Of a stretch of DNA of 64,000 bases, positions 49,748-60,240 are shown one piece after another. Source of the DNA: Phycisphaerae bacterium (GTDB lineage: Bacteria > Planctomycetota > Phycisphaerae > UBA1845 > Fen-1342); assembly GCA_050115495.1 (NCBI GenBank), contig JASFQK010000007.1, forward strand, positions 1-64,000, written 5' to 3'. Made by a program: the position numbers and the translations under genes. Position 1 is the first letter of the stretch, and each line of letters opens with the position of its first letter. Under the pieces are notes generated by a model. It saw nothing but the letters and a program-made list of their open reading frames with translations. It ran no database searches and had not been told where the DNA came from.

Positions 49748-51247
49748 CTACTCTCCCCTCTCAGCTTTCTCGCGCAGCGCCGGCAGCACTTCCCGGCTGC
49801 GCATCGCCGACGGCAGCGGCCCCAGCGTCGTCATCGCGAACGTCGTGCAGTTCAACCGATTCAGCGAACCGTGCGTGCTCGCCATCCGCCGAATCATGAA
49901 ATGGAAGAACGCCGACCCGTGACACGCCCCGTCGCGCAAATTCACGACGACATCCGGCGGCTGGTCCACCTCGCCATGAAACGCATCCCACAACCGCTCC
50001 AGCGGGTCAGGGTAATAGTGTTCGAGCGTCGCCTGGAACAACGCCTCGCCATCAATCTCGCCCGCCGCCGACACCTTCCCGGCGGCGTGCAACTCCTCGA
50101 CGAACGGCTTCAGCCCGAGCGGATCGCTGGCTGCGCTGTCGTAGATGAACCCGCCGGCCCCCTGCGTGATGCGGGCCTGCCCCTCGCGGTCGACCACGAC
50201 CAGCGCCTCACCCGCGGGATAGCACGCGAACTCCACGTCCTCATGCTTCAGCAAACACTCGGCCACGCTCTTCGGCTCGCTCGTGAAGAACGCCGCATAC
50301 GTCACCAGCCCGTAGGCGATCGTCACCACATCCTTGGGCTTGCGCAGTCGATCGGTGAGCCGATAGCCGCCCTCCTTGAGCACGCGGTCGAACGTGACCC
50401 GCCGATTCTCCACCATGTTGTGCCCGTGGTCGGCGACGAGCGTCAGGTGTACCCGTCCGTGCCGCTCGTACATGAGCTGCGTGCACAGGCGGTCAAGCGT
50501 CAGCAGGTACTCGCGAATCGCCTCCCGCGATCCGCGCGTGCCGAGCCCCGCCGTCCCCACCGAATACGCCGCAGCCTCGCCCGACTCGATCTCGTGGAAC
50601 TTCCGCAGGATGCTGCCCAGCTCGTGGTTGAACACCGCCCGCGGATCGAGATACACCAGCACGTCCCACCAGAACGAGCACCGGTAGGTCATCTTCGCGA
50701 CCCACGGCGAGTTCGTGGCGTTCAGATACGTCGAGTTGCCGTCACGCCGCCGACCCGCCTCCCGGTCGTAATAGCACGCCTGGTACGCCTGGCAGTGCCC
50801 GGCGTGAAACAGGTCCGACAGGGCCAGATCCGTCATCGCCGGGAAGCAGCAGATCACCTTCGCCGGCGGATAGAAGCAACGGAAATGCCCCTCACGATAC
50901 AGCTCATCCACGATCTCGAACGGAACGCCATCGAGAGCGATGATGAAGTGCGGCCCGTCCTCCGGCCCGATCTCGTCCAAATCGACGCGCGGCCCCGGCT
51001 GACCCGCCCCGTCGGCGTACGCCAGCGCGTGTATGCGCCCGTCCGCCTCGCGATATTGCCAGAAGTCGGGCTTGCCGTCGCGGTTGGTGTCGTAAGCGAG
51101 CGACGTTTCCGGCCCGCTATCGTGGACGCTGAGCGGCTTCGGAAATGTCACCGGGCAACCGCACCCACTCAACAACCACATGCCGACGACTCCCACCGAT
51201 CCCGCCAGCCACCTCCAGCCCGCCCAAGCGCGCGACCGGCACGACAT
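49748..51247 (-). CDS. Lipoprotein, alkaline-phosphatase superfamily (nucleotide pyrophosphatase-like); start uncertain
   Basis: LSGC lipobox; IIALDGVP, FPAMT, LVADHGH, STHGSL. Confidence 0.72.
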   Translation of the reverse strand: MSCRSRAWAGWRWLAGSVGVVGMWLLSGCGCPVTFPKPLSVHDSGPETSLAYDTNRDGKPDFWQYREADGRIHALAYADGAGQPGPRVDLDEIGPEDGPHFIIALDGVPFEIVDELYREGHFRCFYPPAKVICCFPAMTDLALSDLFHAGHCQAYQACYYDREAGRRRDGNSTYLNATNSPWVAKMTYRCSFWWDVLVYLDPRAVFNHELGSILRKFHEIESGEAAAYSVGTAGLGTRGSREAIREYLLTLDRLCTQLMYERHGRVHLTLVADHGHNMVENRRVTFDRVLKEGGYRLTDRLRKPKDVVTIAYGLVTYAAFFTSEPKSVAECLLKHEDVEFACYPAGEALVVVDREGQARITQGAGGFIYDSAASDPLGLKPFVEELHAAGKVSAAGEIDGEALFQATLEHYYPDPLERLWDAFHGEVDQPPDVVVNLRDGACHGSAFFHFMIRRMASTHGSLNRLNCTTFAMTTLGPLPSAMRSREVLPALREKAERGE

Positions 51248-51288
51248 ACACCACACCTCCGCCCGCCGCTCCCCCGCTTGCTCATGAC

Positions 51289-53787
51289 TTACTGACCGGT
51301 CGCAACCAGAACCACGCCACCCACCGCCGGCACATGAACCGTCAGCCGGCCCTCCGCGTGCTGCGGCGCTCCGCCGTCGCCGAACGCCACCGTCCACGTC
51401 TGCGGCAGCCCCTCCGGCAACGGGATCTCCACGTCACTCACCGCATCCGAGGCATTCAGCACAACCAGCACATGCTCTGCCCCGTCGCTGCGCAGGAACG
51501 CCCACACATCCGTCGCGTCGTCCGTCAGCAGCGTCTTGAACGAGCCGATGCGCAGGGCCGGATGCGCGTTCCGCAGGGCGATCACCTGCCGGTAGAACGC
51601 CAACTCGTCTTCCATGACGAAGTTCTCTTCCGGCTTCTCGTACGGCTCGAGGTCTTTCCACAACATCGGCTTGCGGCAGGTCGGATCATCCGACCCCCAC
51701 ATCCCCACCTCGTCGCCGTAGTACACCATCGGCGCCCCCACGTACACCATCTGCAACAGCGCCACCAGCCGTGCCCGGGCGTACGTCCCCTCCGGCGGCT
51801 TGTTGTTGTCATAGTCCGGATTGTCGCTCTGCGGGCGGTTCTGCCGATCGTACTCGCGATCCGGATTCTGCGCCATCGACACCAGCCGATCGGTGTCGTG
51901 CGTGTCCACCAGGGTCTGCAGGGCGTACGTCGCCGCCGCCGGATACGCCAGCCGCAATTCGGCCAGCCGCGCCGCGGCATCGCTGGCGGTGATCTTCATC
52001 TTCTGATCGAACGCCCACTTCACCGCCACCTTGGCAAACTCGTAGTTCATGACCGCGTCGAAATGATGCCCATCGAGCCACTGGTCGGCGCGATTCCAGA
52101 TCTCCCCGGTGATCAGCGCGTCCGGGTTGATACTCTTCACGTACTTGCGCCACACCAGCCAGAACGGCCGCGGCACGTCGTTCGGCACATCCAACCGCCA
52201 GCCGTCGATCCCGTCGCTCGGGTCGCCGTCGCCGTTCGGGTCCATCCACCGCCGTGTGATGTTGAGAATGTGCTGCGTGGCGGCGGCGCTGGCCAGACCC
52301 TCGCGGCTCTTGCGGAACACCGGCATGTGTGCGAAGTCAGCCCAGCCCTTGTACGTGAACGGCTCCCACGACGTCACGTCGAACCAGCCGGCGAAACGTG
52401 ACTGCGCCCCGTTGCGCACCACGTCCTGAAACGCCGGATGCTGGCTGCCCACGTGGTTGAATACGCCGTCGAAAATGACCTTGAACCCCATCTCGTGCGC
52501 CTTCTTCACGAAGGCCAGGAACCGCTGGTCCGTTTCGGTCCACTGCCACGTCTGCGGGTCGAGCAGGTCTTCCTGGTCGGCCACGGCGTCGTAGTCACCT
52601 CGCGTCCCGAAGTGGTCATCGATGTGCACGTAGTTCTGCGTATCGTACTTGTGGTACGACGGCGCCTTGAAGATCGGGTTGAGATACAGCGCATTGACCC
52701 CCAACTCCTTGAGGTACGGCAGCATCTGCTCCAACCCTTGCAGGTCGCCGCCGTAGAAACGCTCGTACGCGAAGTTCGCATAGAACGTCTGCCCGTCGCG
52801 CCCTTCCCACGGCGACGGCGTGAACCACTCGCTCGTCCACGGCCGCACCGGATCCGGATCGTTACCCGGATCGCCGTTGCGGAAACGGTCCAGCATGATC
52901 TGGTACCACACCGCATGCTTGGCCCATTCCGGCGTCTCGAACACGCTGTCGTCGGTAAACGTGAACCGATAGGGGTACGGGTCGCTCACGCGCTGGTCCC
53001 CATCTTCAAGGACGAAGGTGTAGCCAATGCTGTGTACCCCCGGCGTACGGGCGTTCTCACGGACCGGGACGACGACCTGCGTCTCCCAGAACGTGAACAG
53101 TGGCCCCTCGGACACCGGCCGCATCTCGTGCAACGCGCCGCCGCGCTCCGCCAGCAAGACACGCTGCACGTCATGCGCGAACGTGCGATACCGCACCGAC
53201 AACTCATCCTCCGCCACCGGCTGCACGAACAGCGGCAGCGGCGGCCGGTGCGCGAGTCCGAGCACATCCACCTGCCCGTCGCCGAGCGTGGCTTTGGACT
53301 GGTGTACGCCCGCCAGCCGCCCGAGCCGAACGAACGAGTTGTAGCCCCCGAACCCGTCCGGCACCCGGTCCAGGTTCACCGGATCGTCCACCCACTTCTC
53401 GTCGTTGACCAGGAACTTGTACTCGTACACGCCCGTCGGCAGGGCCAGCTCCGTCGTCCACACGCCTTCCGCGTCCGGCCCCTTCATCGGGAACGCCTGC
53501 CGGTCCCAGCCGTTGAACGACCCGCACACGACCACCTGCCGCGCCGCGATCTTCGGCTGAAAACGGAACGTGCACTGCCACTGATCCTGCGGCAGCGGCT
53601 CCGCCGTGATCGAGTCCGGCAGCGGTGCCACGTCCTCCGCCGCCCGAACCGGTTGCAGCGGCGGCGCCGGCGGCCACTGCTCCTGTGCTGCCACCCATCC
53701 GACGAACAAACCGACGAGAACAGGAACGATCAAAAGGAACCGTGCCGGCCGGCACGCCGCGGTGATGACGTCTCTGCTCGCTTTCAT
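51289..53787 (-). CDS. Secreted GH13 alpha-amylase/neopullulanase-like enzyme with N-terminal CBM48-like domain
   Basis: Signal peptide; GSFNGW...YEYKF; GGDLQG, DGVFNH, GWRLDV, GEIW, THD. Confidence 0.9.
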   Translation of the reverse strand: MKASRDVITAACRPARFLLIVPVLVGLFVGWVAAQEQWPPAPPLQPVRAAEDVAPLPDSITAEPLPQDQWQCTFRFQPKIAARQVVVCGSFNGWDRQAFPMKGPDAEGVWTTELALPTGVYEYKFLVNDEKWVDDPVNLDRVPDGFGGYNSFVRLGRLAGVHQSKATLGDGQVDVLGLAHRPPLPLFVQPVAEDELSVRYRTFAHDVQRVLLAERGGALHEMRPVSEGPLFTFWETQVVVPVRENARTPGVHSIGYTFVLEDGDQRVSDPYPYRFTFTDDSVFETPEWAKHAVWYQIMLDRFRNGDPGNDPDPVRPWTSEWFTPSPWEGRDGQTFYANFAYERFYGGDLQGLEQMLPYLKELGVNALYLNPIFKAPSYHKYDTQNYVHIDDHFGTRGDYDAVADQEDLLDPQTWQWTETDQRFLAFVKKAHEMGFKVIFDGVFNHVGSQHPAFQDVVRNGAQSRFAGWFDVTSWEPFTYKGWADFAHMPVFRKSREGLASAAATQHILNITRRWMDPNGDGDPSDGIDGWRLDVPNDVPRPFWLVWRKYVKSINPDALITGEIWNRADQWLDGHHFDAVMNYEFAKVAVKWAFDQKMKITASDAAARLAELRLAYPAAATYALQTLVDTHDTDRLVSMAQNPDREYDRQNRPQSDNPDYDNNKPPEGTYARARLVALLQMVYVGAPMVYYGDEVGMWGSDDPTCRKPMLWKDLEPYEKPEENFVMEDELAFYRQVIALRNAHPALRIGSFKTLLTDDATDVWAFLRSDGAEHVLVVLNASDAVSDVEIPLPEGLPQTWTVAFGDGGAPQHAEGRLTVHVPAVGGVVLVATGQ

Positions 53788-53839
53788 GACTAAGTAGTGT
53801 AGCCCTCCCCGCCAACCTCCGCCATTGAATCCACCCGGC

Positions 53840-54048
53840 GCCACTGGTGGCTTGCCCCGCGTGCCACTGGTAGCTTGCCCACCAGTGCTCGCCCCCCTAA
53901 CCTCCCCCCCACACAACGCTTACCGACCCCCAACCGCCTGCCCACCAATACCCCCCGGGGGCGATCACACCCCCTTCGCCGGGTGCCACTGGTGGCTTGC
54001 CCACCAGTGCCCCCCCGGTGGCGACCACACCCCCTCGCCGGGTACCAT
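53840..54048. repeat. Cluster of CACTGGTGGCTTGCCCACCAGTG palindromes and a ~38-bp direct repeat
   Basis: Copies at 53840-53857 (partial), 53861-53888 and 53981-54010; direct repeat 53951-53988 / 54011-54048. Confidence 0.8.
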
Positions 54049-54086
54049 GGGCCGCCGCCGACTTCCGCCGGCGAGTGAGGCACGAC

Positions 54087-56132
54087 ATGGCAGACGACCG
54101 GACGGCCCCGCCGCCCGACGAAATGGAACTGGTCCGGCTCGACCCCTGGTTGAAACCCTACGCGCAGAAGCTGCGCGCCCGCTACGAGCGTTACGTCACC
54201 CTCCGCCGCCGGATCGAGGACGCCGCCGGCTCGCTCGCCGACTTCGCCCGCGGCCACGAATACCTCGGCTTCAACCGTGGCGAGCAGGACGGCCGACCCG
54301 GCCTCTGGTACCGCGAATGGGCCCCCCAGGCCCACGCCCTTTTCCTCATCGGCGACTTCAACCACTGGCACCGCGGTCGTCACCAGCTCCGCCGAACGGA
54401 CGGCGGCGTCTGGCAGATCTTCCTCCCCGACGATCAGCCCGACGACCGCATCCCCCACGGCACCGCCGTCAAGACACACGTCATCAGCGAACTCGGCCCG
54501 ATGGACCGCATCCCCGCCTACATCCGCCGCGTCGCCCCTGAGCCCGGCGGCCAGCACTTCGTCGGCCAGTACTGGGCCCCGTCTGAGCCCTACACCTGGC
54601 GGCACGAGCCGCCCGCCCCGCCGATCAGCCCGCGCATCTACGAGGCCCACGTCGGCATGGCCGTCGAAGCGCAGCGCGTCGGCACCTACCGCGAGTTCGC
54701 CGACCAGGTCCTCCCGCGCATCGCCCGTGCCGGCTACAACACCGTCCAGCTCATGGCCATCCTCGAGCACCCCTACTACGGCTCGTTCGGCTACCAGGTG
54801 AGCAACTTCTTCGCACCGTCGTCACGCTTCGGCACGCCCGAAGAGCTGAAGGCCCTCATCGACACTGCCCACGGACTCGGCCTCCGCGTCCTGCTCGACA
54901 TCGTCCACAGCCACGTCGTCAAGAACGTCCAGGAAGGCCTCAACCGATTCGACGGTACCGACTACCAGTACTTCCACGCCGGCCCACGCGGCCAGCATCC
55001 GGCGTGGGATTCGCTCCTCTTCGACTACGCCAAGTGGGACGTCCTCCGCTTTCTGCTCAGCAACGTCCGCTACTGGCTCGAAGAGTTCCGCTTCGACGGC
55101 TTCCGCTTCGACGGCGTCACCAGCATGATGTACCTCGATCACGGACTCGGCCGTCCGTTCACCGGCTACGACGACTACTTCCCCCCGCACGTCGACGAGG
55201 ATGCCATCGCCTATCTCCAAATCGCCAACGACCTCGTGCACACGCTCCGCCCCGACGCCTGCACGGTCGCCGAGGACGTCTCCGGCATGGTCGGCACGGC
55301 TCGCCCCGTGGCTGAGGGCGGCCTCGGCTTCGACTATCGCCTCGCCATGGGCATCCCCGACTACTGGATTCGCATTCTCAAGGAGCGCCGCGACGAGGAG
55401 TGGTCCCTCGCCGAGATCTACCACACGCTCACCAACCGCCGCCGCGGAGAGAAGCACGTCGCCTACGCCGAGTCGCACGACCAGTCCCTCGTCGGCGACA
55501 AGACCATCGCCTTCTGGCTGATGGACGCCGCCATGTACCACCACATGACCAAGGACGCCCAGCACGCCGTCATCGACCGCGGCGTCGCCCTGCACAAGAT
55601 CCTCCGCCTCCTGACCTTCGTCCTCGGCGGCGAGGGCTATCTCAACTTCATGGGCAACGAGTTCGGCCATCCGGAGTGGGTCGATTTCCCGCGTGCCGGC
55701 AACAACAATTCCTACCAGTTCGCTCGCCGGCAATGGTCGCTCGTGGACGACCCGCTTCTGCGTTACCACGATTTGGCGGAATTTGACCGGGCGATGTTGG
55801 CGATTGACGAACGTTACCACATTCTGGCGGAGTCCGACGTCGAGCTCCTGCTCTCCCACGAAGACCAGAAAGTCATGATCTGCCGCCGCGGCCCCTTCCT
55901 CCTGGCGGCCAATCTCCACCCGACGGCGTCCTACGCCGACTACCGCGTCGGCGTGCCCGCTCCCGCCGACTATCGGCTCGTTCTGAACACGGACGACCTC
56001 TTCTTCGGCGGCCACGCCATCGTCCGCACCGGTCAGGTCTACCCCTGGCAATCGGTCCCCTGCCACGCCCAACCGCAGAGCGTCCAAGTCTACCTCCCCG
56101 CCCGCACCGCCCAACTCTGGTCACCGAAGTAG
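54087..56132 (+). CDS. glgB: 1,4-alpha-glucan branching enzyme (GH13_8-like)
   Basis: YREWAP, EHPYYGSFGYQVSNFFA, DIVHSH, FDGFRFDGVTSM, AEDVSG, YAESHDQ, LNFMGNEFGHPEWVDFPR. Confidence 0.93.
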   Translation: MADDRTAPPPDEMELVRLDPWLKPYAQKLRARYERYVTLRRRIEDAAGSLADFARGHEYLGFNRGEQDGRPGLWYREWAPQAHALFLIGDFNHWHRGRHQLRRTDGGVWQIFLPDDQPDDRIPHGTAVKTHVISELGPMDRIPAYIRRVAPEPGGQHFVGQYWAPSEPYTWRHEPPAPPISPRIYEAHVGMAVEAQRVGTYREFADQVLPRIARAGYNTVQLMAILEHPYYGSFGYQVSNFFAPSSRFGTPEELKALIDTAHGLGLRVLLDIVHSHVVKNVQEGLNRFDGTDYQYFHAGPRGQHPAWDSLLFDYAKWDVLRFLLSNVRYWLEEFRFDGFRFDGVTSMMYLDHGLGRPFTGYDDYFPPHVDEDAIAYLQIANDLVHTLRPDACTVAEDVSGMVGTARPVAEGGLGFDYRLAMGIPDYWIRILKERRDEEWSLAEIYHTLTNRRRGEKHVAYAESHDQSLVGDKTIAFWLMDAAMYHHMTKDAQHAVIDRGVALHKILRLLTFVLGGEGYLNFMGNEFGHPEWVDFPRAGNNNSYQFARRQWSLVDDPLLRYHDLAEFDRAMLAIDERYHILAESDVELLLSHEDQKVMICRRGPFLLAANLHPTASYADYRVGVPAPADYRLVLNTDDLFFGGHAIVRTGQVYPWQSVPCHAQPQSVQVYLPARTAQLWSPK

Positions 56133-56390
56133 CTGACACCCTCGTATTCCACCGCCCCCCCACACCTTCATTCTCTAGCTTCAGCATGCGTCAATCCTGC
56201 TTGATTGATCCATTGGTACTCAGTAACATGTGGTTATCTCGTCCGATAAGTCTCACGCTCAGAAATACGCAACCATGACCCGCGGGACGCGTGAGGGACC
56301 GGCTTCTCGTCTCGGCGAAGCCGCAGGAAGCACCGCCCTTGTTCGAAGCGTTCGGTCCTCCATGCGCCACCCACTCTGAGGAGGACAGGT

Positions 56391-59300
56391 ATGCTCGGGC
56401 ACACCATGATGGAACAACGAATGTCGCGCCTGTGGCTGCTGGGTGCCATATTGCTCGGTTCACCTGTGCTGGCCGACACACTCCTCGTACCGAGCCAGTA
56501 CCCGACCATCCAGGCTGCGATCGACGCGGCATGGCCCGGAGACGCAGTCGAAGTTGCCGACGGCACATACACAGGCGACGGGAACCGGGATCTCGACACC
56601 GCCGGCAAGGCGATCACCGTCCGCAGTGCGTCCGGTGATCCCGCCCTGTGCATCATCGATTGCGAGGGATCATCGAGTGAACATCACCGTGGCTTCCATT
56701 TCCACAGCGGCGAGACAGCCGCCACGATAGTAGACGGCATCACCATCTGCAATGGATACAACCACGGCGGTGGCGGCGTCTGCTGTGCCGAAGCCAGCAG
56801 CCCGACGCTCATCAACTGCAGAATCACGGACAACACTGCGACGCAAGCAGCCGCCGGCATCTACTGCTACGACGACAGCAGTCCGACCATCACCGACTGC
56901 ATGATCGCAAATAACACCGCGGGCCATTCAGGCGGCGGCATCTGCTGCCAAGGCGCCAGCAGCCCCACCATCACCAACTGCACGGTAAGGGCAAACACGA
57001 CGGACGCCTCCGGCGGCGGGATCTATTGCTCCGACCACTGCCACTTGACCATCATCGACTGCACGATCAGCGACAACTCACTTGGCACCAGTGGTGGCGG
57101 TGTCCACTGTCAGCTCTATAGCAGCCTCACAATGACCAACTGCACGATCGCGCACAACGCTGCCAGCAATGCCGGGGGCATTAGCTGCAGCGTGCATTCC
57201 GAAATGATGCTCACCAACTGCCTGATCACAGAAAACACCGCGGACCAGTATGGCGGCGGCGTCTTCGCGTCCGGCGACTGCGTGCTGGCCCACTGCACGA
57301 TCGCGAGGAATACCGCTGCGGGCGGGGGCGGTGTTCGTTGTGGTGTCGACGGCGCCACCCTGCTCAACTGCGTCATAAGAGACAACACGGTAACAGGCAA
57401 CGGCGGTGGCGCCCTCTGTATCGACAGCGATGCCATGTTCATCAATTGCGCGATTACAGGGAACACGGCAGAACACGGCGGCGGCATCTTCAGCGAAGAC
57501 AACCCGAGCCCGACGTTCATCAATTGCACGATCGCGGATAACACTGCGGATGACGGCGGCCTCTCCTGCAGTTGGGACAGCACCCCGATATTGACCAACT
57601 GCATCCTCTGGGGCAACTTACCGACGGAGGTTTACGTGTGGACGGGAGCCCCGGTTCTGACCTACTGCGATGTGCAGGGAGGATGGGCCGGTGAGGGCAA
57701 TACCGCCGTCGATCCGGTGTTCGTCGACCCCGTAAACGGCGACTACCGGATTTCCAGAGAGTCGCCGTGCATCGACGCAGCCAACAACCACGCCCTGCCT
57801 CCCGATGCGTTCGACCTCGACGACGATGGCGACACGGAAGAGCCAATCCCCCTCGATCTCGCCGGCCACCCCCGCCTCTTTGACGATCCGAACACGCAAG
57901 ACAGCGGTCTCGGCGAACCACCGCTCGCTGACCGAGGCGCCTACGAGTACCAGGGGCCGTTGACGCTCAACGTTCCAGAAGACTATGACACGATCCAGGC
58001 AGCGATCGATGGGGCGATCAACGGCGACGTCGTCACCGTCGAACTCGGCGTCTGGAGTGGCCCCGGCAACCGAGACCTGGATTGCCGCGGTAAGGCCATC
58101 ACCGTGCGCAGCATCGTCGGAAGCCCGACACTGTGTATCATCAACTGCGAGGGGTCGTGGAACGACCCCCACCGCGGCTTCCATTTCCACAGCGGCGAGA
58201 CTGCCGACACGGTCATAAGGGGCTTCACCATCCGCAATGGAGAAGCGGAGTTCGGCAGCGGCATCTGCTGCGAGGGCAGCAGCCCGACAATCAACCACTG
58301 CACGATCAAGGAAAACGGTTCGCTCAACTACCCAGGCGGCGGGCTCTATTGCACGGCCAGCAGTCCTGCGTTGACCCACTGCACCATCAGCTCAAACACG
58401 GCCTACACCGGCGGCGGCATCTACGGCTCGCACAGCAGCCCTGCATTGCACGAGTGCACCATTATTGGAAACACGGCGTACGACGACGGAGGCGGCATCT
58501 GCTGGTCGAACGGCGGTCCTGCGTTCACCGATTGCAGCATCACGGGAAACGTGGCCGGAAGCAACGGCGGCGGCTTGTATGCCTACGGTGCCAACCTCTC
58601 ATTGACGGACTGCACGATCAGTGCGAATGAGGCCTACGCCGGCGGCGGTCTCTATTGCGAGCATGCCTACCCGACGTTTACCCGCTGTACGGTCAGTGAT
58701 AACTCCGCCGATTCCTACGGTGGAGGTGTCTACTGCCTCTTGATCCACCCCACCTTCACCGACTGCACGGTCCGCTCGAATAGCGCTGGTGTCATGGGCG
58801 GCGGCGTGTATTGCCGGCAAAATGGCAGCCCCACCTTCACCGATTCGGAGATCATCGAGAACACGGCCGGCGGCGGTATCGTCTGTGAGTATCACTCCGA
58901 CCCAATCTTCTTCAACTGCACGATCGCCAGAAACGTCGGCGCGGTTGGCGGTGGCCTACACTGTTGGGAAGGATCCAACCCGGAGCTCACGGACTGCGCG
59001 ATCGCGGAAAACACGGCGGAATACGACGGCGGCGGCGTCTTCTGCACAACGGGCAGCAACCCGGTACTCACCAACTGCACGATCGCCGCCAATGTTGCCT
59101 CCACCGGCGCCGGCGGCGCGCTCTCCTGTGTGGAAGAAAGCAGCCCGACGTTCATGAATTGCCTGATCACCGAAAACTCGGCGTCGTCCGGCGGAGCGCT
59201 GCACTGCTGGATGGCCGACCCGACGTTCACCAATTGCACGATCGCCCTGAACACCGCAGGCTATGGGGGCGGGCTGCTCTGCGAGGAAATGAGCAGCCCG

Positions 59301-59834
59301 GTGCTGACCAACTGCATCCTGTGGGCCGACTCGCCGCACGAGATCTTCGTCTACTCCGGTACACCCGCCGTGACGTACTGCGACGTCCAGGGCGGCTGGC
59401 CCGGCGGAGGCAACATAGACGCCGACCCGCTGTTCCTCGCCGGGCCGGTCGGCTACTTCTATCTGAGCCATACCGCAGCCGGCCAACCGTTTGACAGTCC
59501 CTGTATCGACGGCGGCAATGACACCGCCGAGCACTACGGCCTGGCGACGTCAACGACCCGCCGCGACGAGGCTGTGGACACCGGCATCGTGGACGTCGGC
59601 TACCACTACCCGGTCACAGGCCAGCCGTTCGTGCATGGCGACTTCGACTACAACGGCAACCTGGACATGGAGGACTTCGGCGAATCCGTCTCCTACGCAA
59701 CGGGCCCCGCCCCGGATCCCCCGCACTGGCCGCCGATGTACGGGAACCCCCGCGGCAACATCGTCGACTTCGACGACGACGGCGACGTCGACCTGTTCGA
59801 TTGGAGCTGCTTCCAGTCGGCGTTCGCGCCGTAG
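56391..59834 (+). CDS. Secreted right-handed parallel beta-helix repeat protein, two tandem modules plus C-terminal dockerin-like domain
   Basis: RBS GAGGAGG; VP..Y.TIQAAID twice; many GGG(I/L/V)xC...PT(I/F)TNC(T)I..N repeats; GDFDYNG...DFDDDGDVD. Confidence 0.88.
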   Translation: MLGHTMMEQRMSRLWLLGAILLGSPVLADTLLVPSQYPTIQAAIDAAWPGDAVEVADGTYTGDGNRDLDTAGKAITVRSASGDPALCIIDCEGSSSEHHRGFHFHSGETAATIVDGITICNGYNHGGGGVCCAEASSPTLINCRITDNTATQAAAGIYCYDDSSPTITDCMIANNTAGHSGGGICCQGASSPTITNCTVRANTTDASGGGIYCSDHCHLTIIDCTISDNSLGTSGGGVHCQLYSSLTMTNCTIAHNAASNAGGISCSVHSEMMLTNCLITENTADQYGGGVFASGDCVLAHCTIARNTAAGGGGVRCGVDGATLLNCVIRDNTVTGNGGGALCIDSDAMFINCAITGNTAEHGGGIFSEDNPSPTFINCTIADNTADDGGLSCSWDSTPILTNCILWGNLPTEVYVWTGAPVLTYCDVQGGWAGEGNTAVDPVFVDPVNGDYRISRESPCIDAANNHALPPDAFDLDDDGDTEEPIPLDLAGHPRLFDDPNTQDSGLGEPPLADRGAYEYQGPLTLNVPEDYDTIQAAIDGAINGDVVTVELGVWSGPGNRDLDCRGKAITVRSIVGSPTLCIINCEGSWNDPHRGFHFHSGETADTVIRGFTIRNGEAEFGSGICCEGSSPTINHCTIKENGSLNYPGGGLYCTASSPALTHCTISSNTAYTGGGIYGSHSSPALHECTIIGNTAYDDGGGICWSNGGPAFTDCSITGNVAGSNGGGLYAYGANLSLTDCTISANEAYAGGGLYCEHAYPTFTRCTVSDNSADSYGGGVYCLLIHPTFTDCTVRSNSAGVMGGGVYCRQNGSPTFTDSEIIENTAGGGIVCEYHSDPIFFNCTIARNVGAVGGGLHCWEGSNPELTDCAIAENTAEYDGGGVFCTTGSNPVLTNCTIAANVASTGAGGALSCVEESSPTFMNCLITENSASSGGALHCWMADPTFTNCTIALNTAGYGGGLLCEEMSSPVLTNCILWADSPHEIFVYSGTPAVTYCDVQGGWPGGGNIDADPLFLAGPVGYFYLSHTAAGQPFDSPCIDGGNDTAEHYGLATSTTRRDEAVDTGIVDVGYHYPVTGQPFVHGDFDYNGNLDMEDFGESVSYATGPAPDPPHWPPMYGNPRGNIVDFDDDGDVDLFDWSCFQSAFAP

Positions 59835-59898
59835 TGGGTGCGGCGGCCCGTGCCCGCCAATTCCCCCGGCACCCACCCGCGGGCACGGCCCGGCCTAC
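59831..59898. repeat. REP-like palindrome pair between convergent genes
   Basis: GGCGGCCCGTGCCCGCC ... GCGGGCACGGCCCGGCCTAC; related copies near 60599-60664 and 62153-62175. Confidence 0.65.
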
Positions 59899-60158
59899 TT
59901 CTTTGTGGTCCGTTTCGCCTTCGCTTTGGGCTTCGGCGGGTCGTCGATCAGTTCAAGCAGATTGCCGAAGTCGACACCGAGAGCGCGGCATATCTTTTCG
60001 AGGGTCGCAATCGTCGCGTTGTAGCCTGGCTGGCTTCCCATGATCTGCAGCGTGCCATGGGCGATACCGGTTCGCTCCGCGAGCAGCTTGTATGTCATGC
60101 GCTCGCCAGTTCGTCGCCGGTAAGCCTCCATAGCCTCCCTCAGCTTGATTGCGACCAC
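59895..60158 (-). CDS. XRE/Cro-C1-type HTH transcriptional regulator
   Basis: MTYKLLAERTGIAHGTL...TIATLEKICRALGVDFGNLLE. Confidence 0.85.
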   Translation of the reverse strand: MVAIKLREAMEAYRRRTGERMTYKLLAERTGIAHGTLQIMGSQPGYNATIATLEKICRALGVDFGNLLELIDDPPKPKAKAKRTTKK

Positions 60159-60205
60159 GTCTTATCCACCAAGAAAGAAATCATAGCTGATAATTAAGAT
60201 TCTGC

Positions 60206-60234
60206 TTGACACCGAGCAGACATAGATGTATAAT
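60206..60234 (+). promoter_or_regulatory. Perfect-consensus sigma70 promoter
   Basis: TTGACA (60206-60211), 17-bp spacer, TATAAT (60229-60234), in an AT-rich patch divergent from the HTH gene. Confidence 0.85.
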
Positions 60235-60240
60235 ACCGTC

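Noticed and set aside
53840..54048. CRISPR array
   Set aside because: Only 2-3 irregularly spaced palindromes, no unique equal-length spacers and no cas genes
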